Shown here piece by piece: positions 1-15,000 of a stretch of 64,000 nt of DNA. The notes beneath the pieces were generated by a model that was not told the origin of the DNA, ran no database searches, and worked only from the letters and a program-made list of their open reading frames with translations. Position 1 is the first letter of the stretch. The number at the start of each line of letters is the position of its first letter. The stretch lies in NCBI GenBank assembly GCA_964016885.1, contig OZ024740.1:423708001-423772000 (forward strand). The letters are read 5' to 3'. Made by a program: the position numbers and the translations under genes. The stretch comes from Eledone cirrhosa. Taxonomy: Eukaryota.

Positions 1-3000
1 ATATAAGACTGTAGTGGTATTCACTAATGTACTCCAATCTAATTCTATATAAGACTGTAGTGGTATTGACTAATGTACTCCAATCTAATTCTATATAAGA
101 CTGTAGTGGTACTGACTAATGTAGTCCAATCTAATTCTATATAAGACTGTAGGGTATTGACTAATGTACTCCAATCTAATTCTATATAAGACTGTAGTGG
201 TATTGACTAATGTAGTCCAATCTAATTCTATATAAGACTGTAGTGGTATTGACTAATGTAGTCCAATCTAATTCTATATAAGACTGTAGTGGTATTGACT
301 AATGTACTCCAATCTAATTCTATATAAGACTGTAGTGGTATTCACTAATGTACTCCAATCTAATTCTATATAAGACTGTAGTGGTATTGAGTAATGTACT
401 CCAACCTAATTCTATATAAGACTGTAGTGGTATTGACTAATGTAATCCAATCTAATTCTATATAAGACTGTAGTGGTATTGACTAATATACTCCAATCTA
501 ATTCTATATAAGACTGTAGTGGTATTCACTAATGTACTCCAATCTAATTCTATATAAGACTGTAGTGGTATTCACTAATGTACTCCAATCTAATTCTATA
601 TAAGACTGTAGTGGTACTGACTAATGTAGTCCAATCTAATTCTATATAAGACTGTAGGGTATTGACTAATGTACTCCAATCTAATTCTATATAAGACTGT
701 AGTGGTATTGACTAATGTAGTCCAATCTAATTCTATATAAGACTGTAGTGGTATTGACTAATGTAGTCCAATCTAATTCTATATAAGACTGTAGTGGTAT
801 TGACTAATGTACTCCAATCTAATTCTATATAAGACTGTAGTGGTATTGACTAATGTACTCCAATCTAATTCTATATAAGACTGTAGTGGTATTGACTAAT
901 GTACTCCAACCTAATTCTATATAAGACTGTAGTGGTATTGACTAATGTACTCCAATCTAATTCTATATAAGACTGTAGTGGTATTGACTAATGTACTCCA
1001 ACCTAATTCTATATAAGACTGTAGTGGTATTGACTAATGTACTCCAATCTAATTCTATATAAGTCTGTAGTGGTATTGTCTAATGTAGTCCAACCTAATT
1101 CTATATAAGACTGTAGTGGTATTGACTAATGTACTCCAATCTAATTCTATATAAGACTGTAGTGGTATTGACTAATGTAGTCCAATCTAATTCTATATAA
1201 GACTGTAGTGGTATTGACTAATGTACTCCAATCTAATTCTATATAAGACTGTAGTGGTATTGACTAATGTACTCCAACCTAATTCTATATAAGACTGTAG
1301 TGGTATTGACTAATGTACTCCAATCTAATTCTATATAAGACTGTAGTGGTATTGACTAATGTACTCCAACCTAATTCTATATAAGACTGTAGTGGTATTG
1401 ACTAATGTACTCCAATCTAATTCTATATAAGACTGTAGTGGTATTGTCTAATGTAGTCCAACCTAATTCTATATAAGACTGTAGTGGTATTGACTAATGC
1501 ACTCCAATCTAATTCTATATAAGACTGTAGTGGTATTGACTGATATACTCCAATCTAATTCTATATAAGACTGTAGTGGTATTGACTAATGTAGTCCAAT
1601 CTAATTCTATATAAGACTGTAGTGGTATTGACTAATGTAGTCCAATCTAATTCTATATAAGACTGTAGTGGTATTGACTAATGTAGTCCAATTTAATTCT
1701 ATATAAGGCTGTAGTGGTATTGACTAATGTAGTCCAATCTAATTCTATATAAGACTGTAGTGGTATTGACTAATGTACTCCAACCTAATTCTATATAAGA
1801 CTGTAGTGGTATTGACTGATGTAGTTCAATCTAATTCTATATAAGACTGTAGTGGTATTGACTAATGTAGTCCAATCTAATTCTATATAAGACTGTAGTG
1901 GTATTGACTAATGTAGTCCAATCTAATTCTATATAAGACTGTAGTGGTATTGACTAATGTAGACCAATCTAATTCTATATAAGACTGTAGTGGTATTGAC
2001 TAATGTAGTTCAATCTAATTCTATATAAGACTGTAGTGGTATTGACTAATGTAGTCCAATCTAATTCTATATAAGACTGTAGTGGTATTGACTAATGTAG
2101 TCCAATCTAATTCTATATAAGACTGTAGTGGTATTGACTAATGTAGTCCAATCTAATTCTATATAAGACTGTAGTGGTATTGACTAAAGTAGTCCAATCT
2201 AATTCTATATAAGGCTGTAGTGGTATTGACTAATGTAGTCCAATCTAATTCTATATAAGACTGTAGTGGTACTGACTAATGTAGTTCAATCTAATTCTAT
2301 ATAAGACTGTAGTGGTATTGACTAATGTACTCCAATCTAATTCTATATAAGACTGTAGGGTATTGACTAATGTACTCCAATCTAATTCTATATAAGACTG
2401 TAGTGGTATTGACTAATGTACTCCAATCTAATTCTATATAAGACTGTAGTGGTATTGACTAATATACTCCAATCTAATTCTATATCAGACTGTAGTGGTA
2501 TTGACTAATGTAGTCCAATCTAATTCTATATAAGACTGTAGTGGTATTGACTAATGTAGTCCAATCTAATTCTATATAAGACTGTAGTGGTATTGACTAA
2601 TGTAGTCCAATCTAATTCTATATAAGACTGTAGTGGTATTGACTAAAGTAGTCCAATCTAATTCTATATAAGGCTGTAGTGGTATTGACTAATGTAGTCC
2701 AATCTAATTCTATATAAGACTGTAGTGGTATTGACCAATGTACTCCAACCTAATTCTATATAAGACTGTAGTGGTATTGACTAATGTAGTTCAATCTAAT
2801 TCTATATAAGACTGTAGTGGTATTGACTAATGTACTCCAATCTAATTCTATATAAGACTGTAGTGGTACTGACTAATGTAGTCCAATCTAATTCTATATA
2901 AGACTGTAGGGTATTGACTAATGTACTCCAATCTAATTCTATATAAGACTGTAGTGGTATTGACTAATGTACTCCAATCTAATTCTATATAAGACTGTAG

Positions 3001-6000
3001 TGGTATTGACTAATGTAGTCCAATCTAATTCTATATAAGACTGTAGTGGTATTGACTAATGTAGTCCAATCTAATTCTATATAAGACTGTAGTGGTATTG
3101 AGTAATGTACTCCAACCTAATTCTATATAAGACTGTAGTGGTATTGACTAATGTACTCCAATCTAATTCTATATAAGACTGTAGTGGTATTGACTAATGT
3201 AGTCCAATCTAATTCTATATAAGACTGTAGTGGTATTGACTAATGTACTCCAACCTAATTCTATATAAGACTGTAGTGGTATTGACTAATGTACTCCAAT
3301 CTAATTCTATATAAGACTGTAGTGGTATTGACTAATGTACTCCAATCTAATTCTATATAAGACTGTAGTGGTATTGACTAATGTAGTCCAATCTAATTCT
3401 ATATAAGACTGTAGTGGTATTGACTAATGTACTCCAATCTATTTCTATATAAGACTGTAGTGGTATTGTCTAATGTAGTCCAACCTAATTCTATATAAGA
3501 CTGTAGTGGTATTGACTAATGTACTCCAATCTAATTCTATATAAGACTGTAGTGGTATTGACTAATGTACTCCAATCTAATTCTATATAAGACTGTAGTG
3601 TTATTGACTAATGTAGTCCAATCTAATTCTATATAAGACTGTAGTGGTATTGACTAATGTACTCCAATCTAATTCTATATAAGACTGTAGTGGTATTGAC
3701 TAATGTAGTCCAATCTAATTCTATATAAGACTGTAGTGGTATTGACTAATGTACTCCAATCTAATTCTATATAAGACTGTAGTGGTATTGACTAATGTAC
3801 TCCAATCTAATTCTATATAAGACTGTAGTGGTATTGACTAATATACTCCAATCTAATTCTATATAAGACTGTAGTGGTATTGACTAATGTAGTCCAATCT
3901 AATTCTATATAAGACTGTAGTGGTATTGACTAATGTACTCCAATCTATTTCTATATAAGACTGTAGTGGTATTGTCTAATGTAGTCCAAACTAATTCTAT
4001 ATAAGACTGTAGTGGTATTGACTAATGTACTCCAATCTAATTCTATATAAGACTGTAGTGGTATTGACTAATGTACTCCAATCTAATTCTATATAAGACT
4101 GTAGTGGTATTGACTAATGTACTCCAATCTAATTCTATATAAGACTGTAGTGGTATTGACTAATGTAGTCCAATCTAATTCTATATAAGACTGTAGTGGT
4201 ATTGACTAATGTACTCCAATCTAATTCTATATAAGACTGTAGTGGTATTGACTAATGTACTCCAATCTAATTCTATATAAGACTGTAGTGGTATTGACTA
4301 ATGTAGTCCAATCTAATTCTATATAAGACTGTAGTGGTATTGACTAATGTAGTCCAATCTAATTCTATATAAGACTGTAGTGGTATTGACTAAAGTAGTC
4401 CAATCTAATTCTATATAAGGCTGTAGTGGTATTGACTAATGTAGTTCAATCTAATTCTATATAAGACTGTAGTGGTATTGACTAATGTAGTCCAATCTAA
4501 TTCTATATAAGACTGTAGTGGTATTGACTAAAGTAGTCCAATCTAATTCTATATAAGGCTGTAGTGGTATTGACTAATGTAGTCCAATCTAATTCTATAT
4601 AAGACTGTAGTGGTATTGACTAATGTAGTCCAATCTAATTCTATATAAGACTGTAGTGGTATTGACTAATGTAGTCCAATCTAATTCGATATAAGACTAG
4701 TGGTATTGACTAATGTAGTCCAATCTAATTCTATATAAGACTGTAGTGGTATTGACTAAAGTAGTCCAATCTAATTCTATATAAGGCTGTAGTGGTATTG
4801 ACTAATGTAGTCCAATCTAATTCTATATAAGACTGTAGTGGTATTGACTAATGTACTCCAATCTAATTCTATATAAGACTGTAGTGGTATTGACTAATGT
4901 AGTCCAATCTAATTCTATATAAGACTGTAGTGGTATTGACTAATGTACTCCAATCTAATTCTATATAAGACTGTAGTGGTATTGACTAATGTACTCCAAT
5001 CTAATTCTATATAAGACTGTAGTGGTATTGACTAATATACTCCAATCTAATTCTATATAAGACTGTAGTGGTATTGACTAATGTAGTCCAATCTAATTCT
5101 ATATAAGACTGTAGTGGTATTGACTAATGTAGTCCAATCTAATTCTATATAAGACTGTAGTGGTATTGACTAAAGTAGTCCAATCTAATTCTATATAAGG
5201 CTGTAGTGGTATTGACTAATGTAGTTCAATCTAATTCTATATAAGACTGTAGTGGTATTGACTAATGTAGTCCAATCTAATTCTATATAAGACTGTAGTG
5301 GTATTGACTAAAGTAGTCCAATCTAATTCTATATAAGGCTGTAGTGGTATTGACTAATGTAGTCCAATCTAATTCTATATAAGACTGTAGTGGTATTGAC
5401 TAATGTAGTCCAATCTAATTCTATATAAGACTGTAGTGGTATTGACTAATGTAGTCCAATCTAATTCTATATAAGACTAGTGGTATTGACTAATGTAGTC
5501 CAATCTAATTCTATATAAGACTGTAGTGGTATTGACTAAAGTAGTCCAATCTAATTCTATATAAGGCTGTAGTGGTATTGACTAATGTAGTCCAATCTAA
5601 TTCTATATAAGACTGTAGTGGTATTGACTAATGTACTCCAACCTAATTCTATATAAGACTGTAGTGGTATTGACTAATGTAGTTCAATCAAATTCTATAT
5701 AAGACTGTAGTGGTATTGACTAATGTAGTCCAATCCAATTCTATATAAGACTGTAGTGGTATTGACTAATGTACTCCAACCTAATTCTATATAAGACTGT
5801 AGTGGTATTGACTAATGTAATCCAATCTAATTCTATATAAGACTGTAGTGCTATTGACTAATATACTCCAATCTAATTCTATATAAGACTGTAGTGGTAT
5901 TCACTAATGTACTCCAATCTAATTCTATATAAGACTGTAGTGGTATTGACTAATGTACTCCAATCTAATTCTATATAAGACTGTAGTGGTACTGACTAAT

Positions 6001-9000
6001 GTAGTCCAATCTAATTCTATATAAGACTGTAGGGTATTGACTAATGTACTCCAATCTAATTCTATATAAGACTGTAGTGGTATTGACTAATGTAGTCCAA
6101 TCTAATTCTATATAAGACTGTAGTGGTATTGACTAATGTAGTCCAATCTAATTCTATATAAGACTGTAGTGGTATTGACTAATGTACTCCAATCTAATTC
6201 TATATAAGACTGTAGTGGTATTCACTAATGTACTCCAATCTAATTCTATATAAGACTGTAGTGGTATTGAGTAATGTACTCCAACCTAATTCTATATAAG
6301 ACTGTAGTGGTATTGACTAATGTAATCCAATCTAATTCTATATAAGACTGTAGTGGTATTGACTAATATACTCCAATCTAATTCTATATAAGACTGTAGT
6401 GGTATTCACTAATGTACTCCAATCTAATTCTATATAAGACTGTAGTGGTATTGACTAATGTACTCCAATCTAATTCTATATAAGACTGTAGTGGTACTGA
6501 CTAATGTAGTCCAATCTAATTCTATATAAGACTGTAGGGTATTGACTAATGTACTCCAATCTAATTCTATATAAGACTGTAGTGGTATTGACTAATGTAG
6601 TCCAATCTAATTCTATATAAGACTGTAGTGGTATTGACTAATGTAGTCCAATCTAATTCTATATAAGACTGTAGTGGTATTGACTAATGTACTCCAATCT
6701 AATTCTATATAAGACTGTAGTGGTATTGACTAATGTACTCCAATCTAATTCTATATAAGACTGTAGTGGTATTGACTAATGTACTCCAACCTAATTCTAT
6801 ATAAGACTGTAGTGGTATTGACTAATGTACTCCAATCTAATTCTATATAAGACTGTAGTGGTATTGACTAATGTACTCCAACCTAATTCTATATAAGACT
6901 GTAGTGGTATTGACTAATGTACTCCAATCTAATTCTATATAAGTCTGTAGTGGTATTGTCTAATGTAGTCCAACCTAATTCTATATAAGACTGTAGTGGT
7001 ATTGACTAATGTACTCCAATCTAATTCTATATAAGACTGTAGTGGTATTGACTAATATACTCCAATCTAATTCTATATAAGACTGTAGTGGTATTGACTA
7101 ATGTAGTCCAATCTAATTCTATATAAGACTGTAGTGGTATTGACTAATGTAGTCCAATCTAATTCTATATAAGACTGTAGTGGTATTGACTAATGTAGTC
7201 CAATTTAATTCTATATAAGACTGTAGTGGTATTGACTAAAGTAGTCCAATCTAATTCTATATAAGGCTGTAGTGGTATTGACTAATGTAGTCCAATCTAA
7301 TTCTATATAAGACTGTAGTGGTATTGACTAATGTACTCCAACCTAATTCTATATAAGACTGTAGTGGTATTGACTAATGTAGTTCAATCTAATTCTATAT
7401 AAGACTGTAGTGGTATTGACTAATGTAGTCCAATCTAATTCTATATAAGACTGTAGTGGTACTGACTAATGTAGTCCAATCTAATTCTATATAAGACTGT
7501 AGTGGTATTGACTAATATACTCCAATCTAATTCTATATAAGACTGTAGTGGTATTGACTAATGTACTCCAACCTAATTCTATATAAGACCGTAGTGGTAC
7601 TGACTAATGTAGTCCAATCTAATTCTATATAAGACTGTAGTGGTATTGACTAATATACTCCAATCTAATTCTATATAAGACTGTAGTGGTATTGACTAAT
7701 GTACTCCAACCTAATTCTATATAAGACTGTAGTGGTATTGACTAATGTAGTTCAATCTAATTCTATATAAGACTGTAGTGGTATTGACTAATGTACTCCA
7801 ATCTAATTCTATATAAGACTGTAGTGGTACTGACTAATGTAGTCCAATCTAATTCTATATAAGACTGTAGGGTATTGACTAATGTACTCCAATCTAATTC
7901 TATATAAGACTGTAGTGGTATTGACTAATGTACTCCAATCTAATTCTATATAAGACTGTAGTGGTATTGACTAATGTAGTCCAATCTAATTCTATATAAG
8001 ACTGTAGTGGTATTGACTAATGTAGTCCAATCTAATTCTATATAAGACTGTAGTGGTATTGACTAATGTAGTCCAATCTAATTCTATATAAGACTGTAGT
8101 GGTATTGAGTAATGTACTCCAACCTAATTCTATATAAGACTGTAGTGGTATTGACTAATGTACTCCAATCTAATTCTATATAAGACTGTAGTGGTATTGA
8201 CTAATGTAGTCCAATCTAATTCTATATAAGACTGTAGTGGTATTGACTAATGTACTCCAACCTAATTCTATATAAGACTGTAGTGGTATTGACTAATGTA
8301 CTCCAATCTAATTCTATATAAGACTGTAGTGGTATTGACTAATGTACTCCAATCTAATTCTATATAAGACTGTAGTGGTATTGACTAATGTACTTCAATC
8401 TAATTCTATATAAGACTGTAGTGGTATTGACTAATATACTCCAATCTAATTCTATATAAGACTGTAGTGGTATTGACTAATGTAGTCCAATCTAATTCTA
8501 TATAAGACTGTAGTGGTATTGACTAATGTAGTCCAATCTAATTCTATATAAGACTGTAGTGGTATTGACTAATGTAGTCCAATCTAATTCTATATAAGAC
8601 TGTAGTGGTATTGAGTAATGTACTCCAACCTAATTCTATATAAGACTGTAGTGGTATTGACTAATGTACTCCAATCTAATTCTATATAAGACTGTAGTGG
8701 TATTGACTAATGTAGTCCAATCTAATTCTATATAAGACTGTAGTGGTATTGACTAATGTACTCCAACCTAATTCTATATAAGACTGTAGTGGTATTGACT
8801 AATGTACTCCAATCTAATTCTATATAAGACTGTAGTGGTATTGACTAATGTACTCCAATCTAATTCTATATAAGACTGTAGTGGTATTGACTAATGTAGT
8901 CCAATCTAATTCTATATAAGACTGTAGTGGTATTGACTAATGTACTCCAATCTATTTCTATATAAGACTGTAGTGGTATTGTCTAATGTAGTCCAACCTA

Positions 9001-12000
9001 ATTCTATATAAGACTGTAGTGGTATTGACTAATGTACTCCAATCTAATTCTATATAAGACTGTAGTGGTATTGACTAATGTACTCCAATCTAATTCTATA
9101 TAAGACTGTAGTGTTATTGACTAATGTAGTCCAATCTAATTCTATATAAGACTGTAGTGGTATTGACTAATGTACTCCAATCTAATTCTATATAAGACTG
9201 TAGTGGTATTGACTAATGTAGTCCAATCTAATTCTATATAAGACTGTAGTGGTATTGACTAATGTACTCCAATCTAATTCTATATAAGACTGTAGTGGTA
9301 TTGACTAATGTACTCCAATCTAATTCTATATAAGACTGTAGTGGTATTGACTAATATACTCCAATCTAATTCTATATAAGACTGTAGTGGTATTGACTAA
9401 TGTAGTCCAATCTAATTCTATATAAGACTGTAGTGGTATTGACTAATGTACTCCAATCTATTTCTATATAAGACTGTAGTGGTATTGTCTAATGTAGTCC
9501 AACCTAATTCTATATAAGACAGTAGTGGTATTGACTAATGTACTCCAATCTAATTCTATATAAGACTGTAGTGGTATTGACTAATGTACTCCAATCTAAT
9601 TCTATATAAGACTGTAGTGGTATTGACTAATGTACTCCAATCTAATTCTATATAAGACTGTAGTGGTATTGACTAATGTAGTCCAATCTAATTCTATATA
9701 AGACTGTAGTGGTATTGACTAATGTACTCCAATCTAATTCTATATAAGACTGTAGTGGTATTGACTAATGTACTCCAATCTAATTCTATATAAGACTGTA
9801 GTGGTATTGACTAATGTACTCCAATCTAATTCTATATAAGACTGTAGTGGTATTGACTAATGTACTCCAATCTAATTCTATATAAGACTGTAGTGGTATT
9901 GACTAATGTAGTCCAATCTAATTCTATATAAGACTGTAGTGGTATTGACTAATGTACTCCAATCTAATTCTATATAAGACTGTAGTGGTATTGACTAATG
10001 TACTCCAATCTAATTCTATATAAGACTGTAGTGGTATTGACTAATATACTCCAATCTAATTCTATATAAGACTGTAGTGGTATTGACTAATGTAGTCCAA
10101 TCTAATTCTATATAAGACTGTAGTGGTATTGACTAATGTAGTCCAATCTAATTCTATATAAGACTGTAGTGGTATTGACTAAAGTAGTCCAATCTAATTC
10201 TATATAAGGCTGTAGTGGTATTGACTAATGTAGTTCAATCTAATTCTATATAAGACTGTAGTGGTATTGACTAATGTAGTCCAATCTAATTCTATATAAG
10301 ACTGTAGTGGTATTGACTAAAGTAGTCCAATCTAATTCTATATAAGGCTGTAGTGGTATTGACTAATGTAGTCCAATCTAATTCTATATAAGACTAGTGG
10401 TATTGACTAATGTAGTCCAATCTAATTCTATATAAGACTGTAGTGGTATTGACTAATGTAGTTCAATCAAATTCTATATAAGACTGTAGTGGTATTGACT
10501 AATGTAGTCCAATCCAATTCTATATAAGACTGTAGTGGTATTGACTAATGTACTCCAACCTAATTCTATATAAGACTGTAGTGGTATTGACTAATGTAAT
10601 CCAATCTAATTCTATATAAGACTGTAGTGGTATTGACTAATATACTCCAATCTAATTCTATATAAGACTGTAGTGGTATTCACTAATGTACTCCAATCTA
10701 ATTCTATATAAGACTGTAGTGGTATTGACTAATGTACTCCAATCTAATTCTATATAAGACTGTAGTGGTACTGACTAATGTAGTCCAATCTAATTCTATA
10801 TAAGACTGTAGGGTATTGACTAATGTACTCCAATCTAATTCTATATAAGACTGTAGTGGTATTGACTAATGTAGTCCAATCTAATTCTATATAAGACTGT
10901 AGTGGTATTGACTAATGTAGTCCAATCTAATTCTATATAAGACTGTAGTGGTATTGACTAATGTACTCCAATCTAATTCTATATAAGACTGTAGTGGTAT
11001 TCACTAATGTACTCCAATCTAATTCTATATAAGACTGTAGTGGTATTCACTAATGTACTCCAATCTAATTCTATATAAGACTGTAGTGGTATTGAGTAAT
11101 GTACTCCAACCTAATTCTATATAAGACTGTAGTGGTATTGACTAATGTACTCCAATCTAATTCTATATAAGACTGTAGTGGTATTGACTAATGTAGTCCA
11201 ATCTAATTCTATATAAGACTGTAGTGGTATTGACGAATGTACTCCAACCTAATTCTATATAAGACTGTAGTGGTACTGACTAATGTAGTCCAATCTAATT
11301 CTATATAAGACTGTAGTGGTATTGACTAATGTACTCCAACCTAATTCTATATAAGACTGTAGTGGTATTGACTAATGTACTCCAATCTAATTCTATATAA
11401 GACTGTAGTGGTATTGTCTAATGTAGTCCAACCTAATTCTATATAAGACTGTAGTGGTATTGACTAATGTACTCCAATCTAATTCTATATAAGACTGTAG
11501 TGGTATTGACTAATATACTCCAATCTAATTCTATATAAGACTGTAGTGGTATTGACTAATGTAGTCCAATCTAATTCTATATAAGACTGTAGTGGTATTG
11601 ACTAATATACTCCAATCTAATTCTATATAAGACTGTAGTGGTATTGACTAATGTAGTCCAATCTAATTATATATAAGACTGTAGTGGTATTGACTAATAT
11701 ACTCCAATCTAATTCTATATAAGACTGTAGTGGTATTGACTAATGTAGTCCAATCTAATTCTATATAAGACTGTAGTGGTATTGACTAAAGTAGTCCAAT
11801 CTAATTCTACATAAGACTGTAGTGGTATTGACTAATATACTCCAATCTAATTCTATATAAGACTGTAGTGGTATTGACTAATGTAGTCCAATCTAATTCT
11901 ATATAAGACTGTAGTGGTATTGACTAAAGTAGTCCAATCTAATTCTATATAAGGCTGTAGTGGTATTGACTAATGTAGTCCAATCTAATTCTATATAAGA

Positions 12001-15000
12001 CTGTAGTGGTATTGACTAATGTACTCCAACCTAATTCTATATAAGACTGTAGTGGTATTGACTAATGTAGTTCAATCTAATTCTATATAAGACTGTAGTG
12101 GTATTGACTAATGTAGTCCAATCTAATTCTATATAAGACTGTAGTGGTATTGACTAATGTACTCCAACCTAATTCTATATAAGACTGTAGTGGTATTGAC
12201 TAATGTACTCCAATCTAATTCTATATAAGACTGTAGTGGTATTGACTAATGTACTCCAATCTAATTCTATATAAGACTGTAGGGTATTGACTAATGTAGT
12301 TCAATCTAATTCTATATAAGACTGTAGTGGTATTGACTAATGTAGTCCAATCTAATTCTATATAAGACTGTAGTGGTATTGACTAATGTAGTCCAATCTA
12401 ATTCTATATAAGACTGTAGTGGTATTGACTAATGTAGTTCAATCTAATTCTATATAAGACTGTAGTGGTATTGACTAATGTAGTCCAATCTAATTCTATA
12501 TAAGACTGTAGTGGTATTGACTAATGTACTCCAACCTAATTCTATATAAGACTGTAGTGGTATTGACTAATGTACTCCAATCTAATTCTATATAAGACTG
12601 TAGTGGTATTGACTAATGTAGTCCAATCTAATTCTATATAAGACTGTAGTGGTATTGACTAATATACTCCAATCTAATTCTATATAAGACTGTAGTGGTA
12701 TTCACTAATGTACTCCATTCTAATTCTATATAAGACTGTAGTGGTATTGACTAATGTAGTCCAATCTAATTCTATATAAGACTGTAGTGGTATTGACTAA
12801 TGTACTCCAACCTAATTCTATATAAGACTGTAGTGGTATTGACTAATGTACTCCAATCTAATTCTATATAAGACTGTAGTGGTATTGACTAATGTAGTCC
12901 AATCTAATTCTATATAAGACTGTAGTGGTATTGACTAATATACTCCAATCTAATTCTATATAAGACTGTAGTGGTATTCACTAATGTACTCCAATCTAAT
13001 TCTATATAAGACTGTAGTGGTATTGACTAATGTACTCCAATCTAATTCTATATAAGACTGTAGTGGTACTGACTAATGTAGTCCAATCTAATTCTATATA
13101 AGACTGTAGGGTATTGACTAATGTACTCCAATCTAATTCTATATAAGACTGTAGTGGTATTGACTAATGTACTCCAATCTAATTCTATATAAGACTGTAG
13201 TGGTATTGACTAATGTAGTCCAATCTAATTCTATATAAGACTGTAGTGGTATTGACTAATGTAGTCCAATCTAATTCTATATAAGACTGTAGTGGTATTG
13301 ACTAATGTACTCCAATCTAATTCTATATAAGACTGTAGTGGTATTGACTAATGTAGTCCAATCTAATTCTATATAAGACTGTAGTGGTATTGACTAATGT
13401 ACTCCAATCTAATTCTATATAAGACTGTAGTGGTATTGACTAATGTAGTCCAATCTAATTCTATATAAGACTGTAGTGGTATTGACTAATGTAGTCCAAT
13501 CTAATTCTATATAAGACTGTAGTGGTATTGACTAATGTACTCCAATCTAATTCTATATAAGACTGTAGTGGTATTGACTAATGTACTCCAATCTAATTCT
13601 ATATAAGACTGTAGTGGTATTGACTAATGTAGTCCAATCTAATTCTATATAAGACTGTAGTGGTATTGACTAATGTACTCCAATCTAATTCTATATAAGA
13701 CTGTAGTGGTATTGACTAATGTACTCCAATCTAATTCTATATAAGACTGTAGTGGTATTGACTAATATACTCCAATCTAATTCTATATAAGACAGTAGTG
13801 GTATTCACTAATATACTCCAATCTAATTCTATATAAGACTGTAGTGGTATTGACTAATGTACTCCAATCTAATTCTATATAAGACTGTAGTGGTATTGAC
13901 TAATGTAGTCCAATCTAATTCTATATAAGACTGTAGTGGTATTGACTAATGTAGTCCAATCTAATTCTATATAAGACTGTAGTGGTATTGAGTAATGTAC
14001 TCCAACCTAATTCTATATAAGACTGTAGTGGTATTGACTAATGTACTCCAATCTAATTCTATTTAAGACTGTAGTGGTATTGACTAATATACTCCAATCT
14101 AATTCTATATAAGACTGTAGTGGTATTCACTAATGTACTCCAATCTAATTCTATATAAGACTGTAGTGGTATTGTCTAATGTACTCCAATCTAATTCTAT
14201 ATAAGACTGTAGTGGTATTGACTAATGTAGTCCAATCTAATTCTACATAAGACTGTAGTGGTATTGACTAATGTAGTCCAATCTAATTCTATATAAGACT
14301 GTAGTGGTATTGACTAATGTACTCCAATCTAATTCTATATAAGACTGTAGTGGTATTGACTAATATACTCCAATCTAATTCTATATAAGACTGTAGTGGT
14401 ATTGACTAATGTAGTCCAATCTAATTCTATATAAGACTGTAGTGGTATTGACTAATGTAGTCCAATCTAATTCTATATAAGACTGTAGTGGTATTGACTA
14501 AAGTAGTCCAATCTAATTCTATATAAGGCTGTAGTGGTATTGACTAATGTAGTCCAATCTAATTCTATATAAGACTGTAGTGGTATTGACTAATGTAGTC
14601 CAATCTAATTCTATATAAGACTGTAGTGGTATTGACTAATGTACTCCAACCTAATTCTATATAAGACTGTAGTGGTATTGACTAATATACTCCAATCTAA
14701 TTCTATATAAGACTGTAGTGGTATTGACTAATATACTCCAATCTAATTCTATATAAGACTGTAGTGGTATTGACTAATGTAGTCCAATCTAATTCTATAT
14801 AAGACTGTAGTGGTATTGACTAAAGTAGTCCAATCTAATTCTACATAAGACTGTAGTGGTATTGACTAATATACTCCAATCTAATTCTATATAAGACTGT
14901 AGTGGTATTGACTAATGTAGTCCAATCTAATTCTATATAAGACTGTAGTGGTATTGACTAAAGTAGTCCAATCTAATTCTATATAAGGCTGTAGTGGTAT

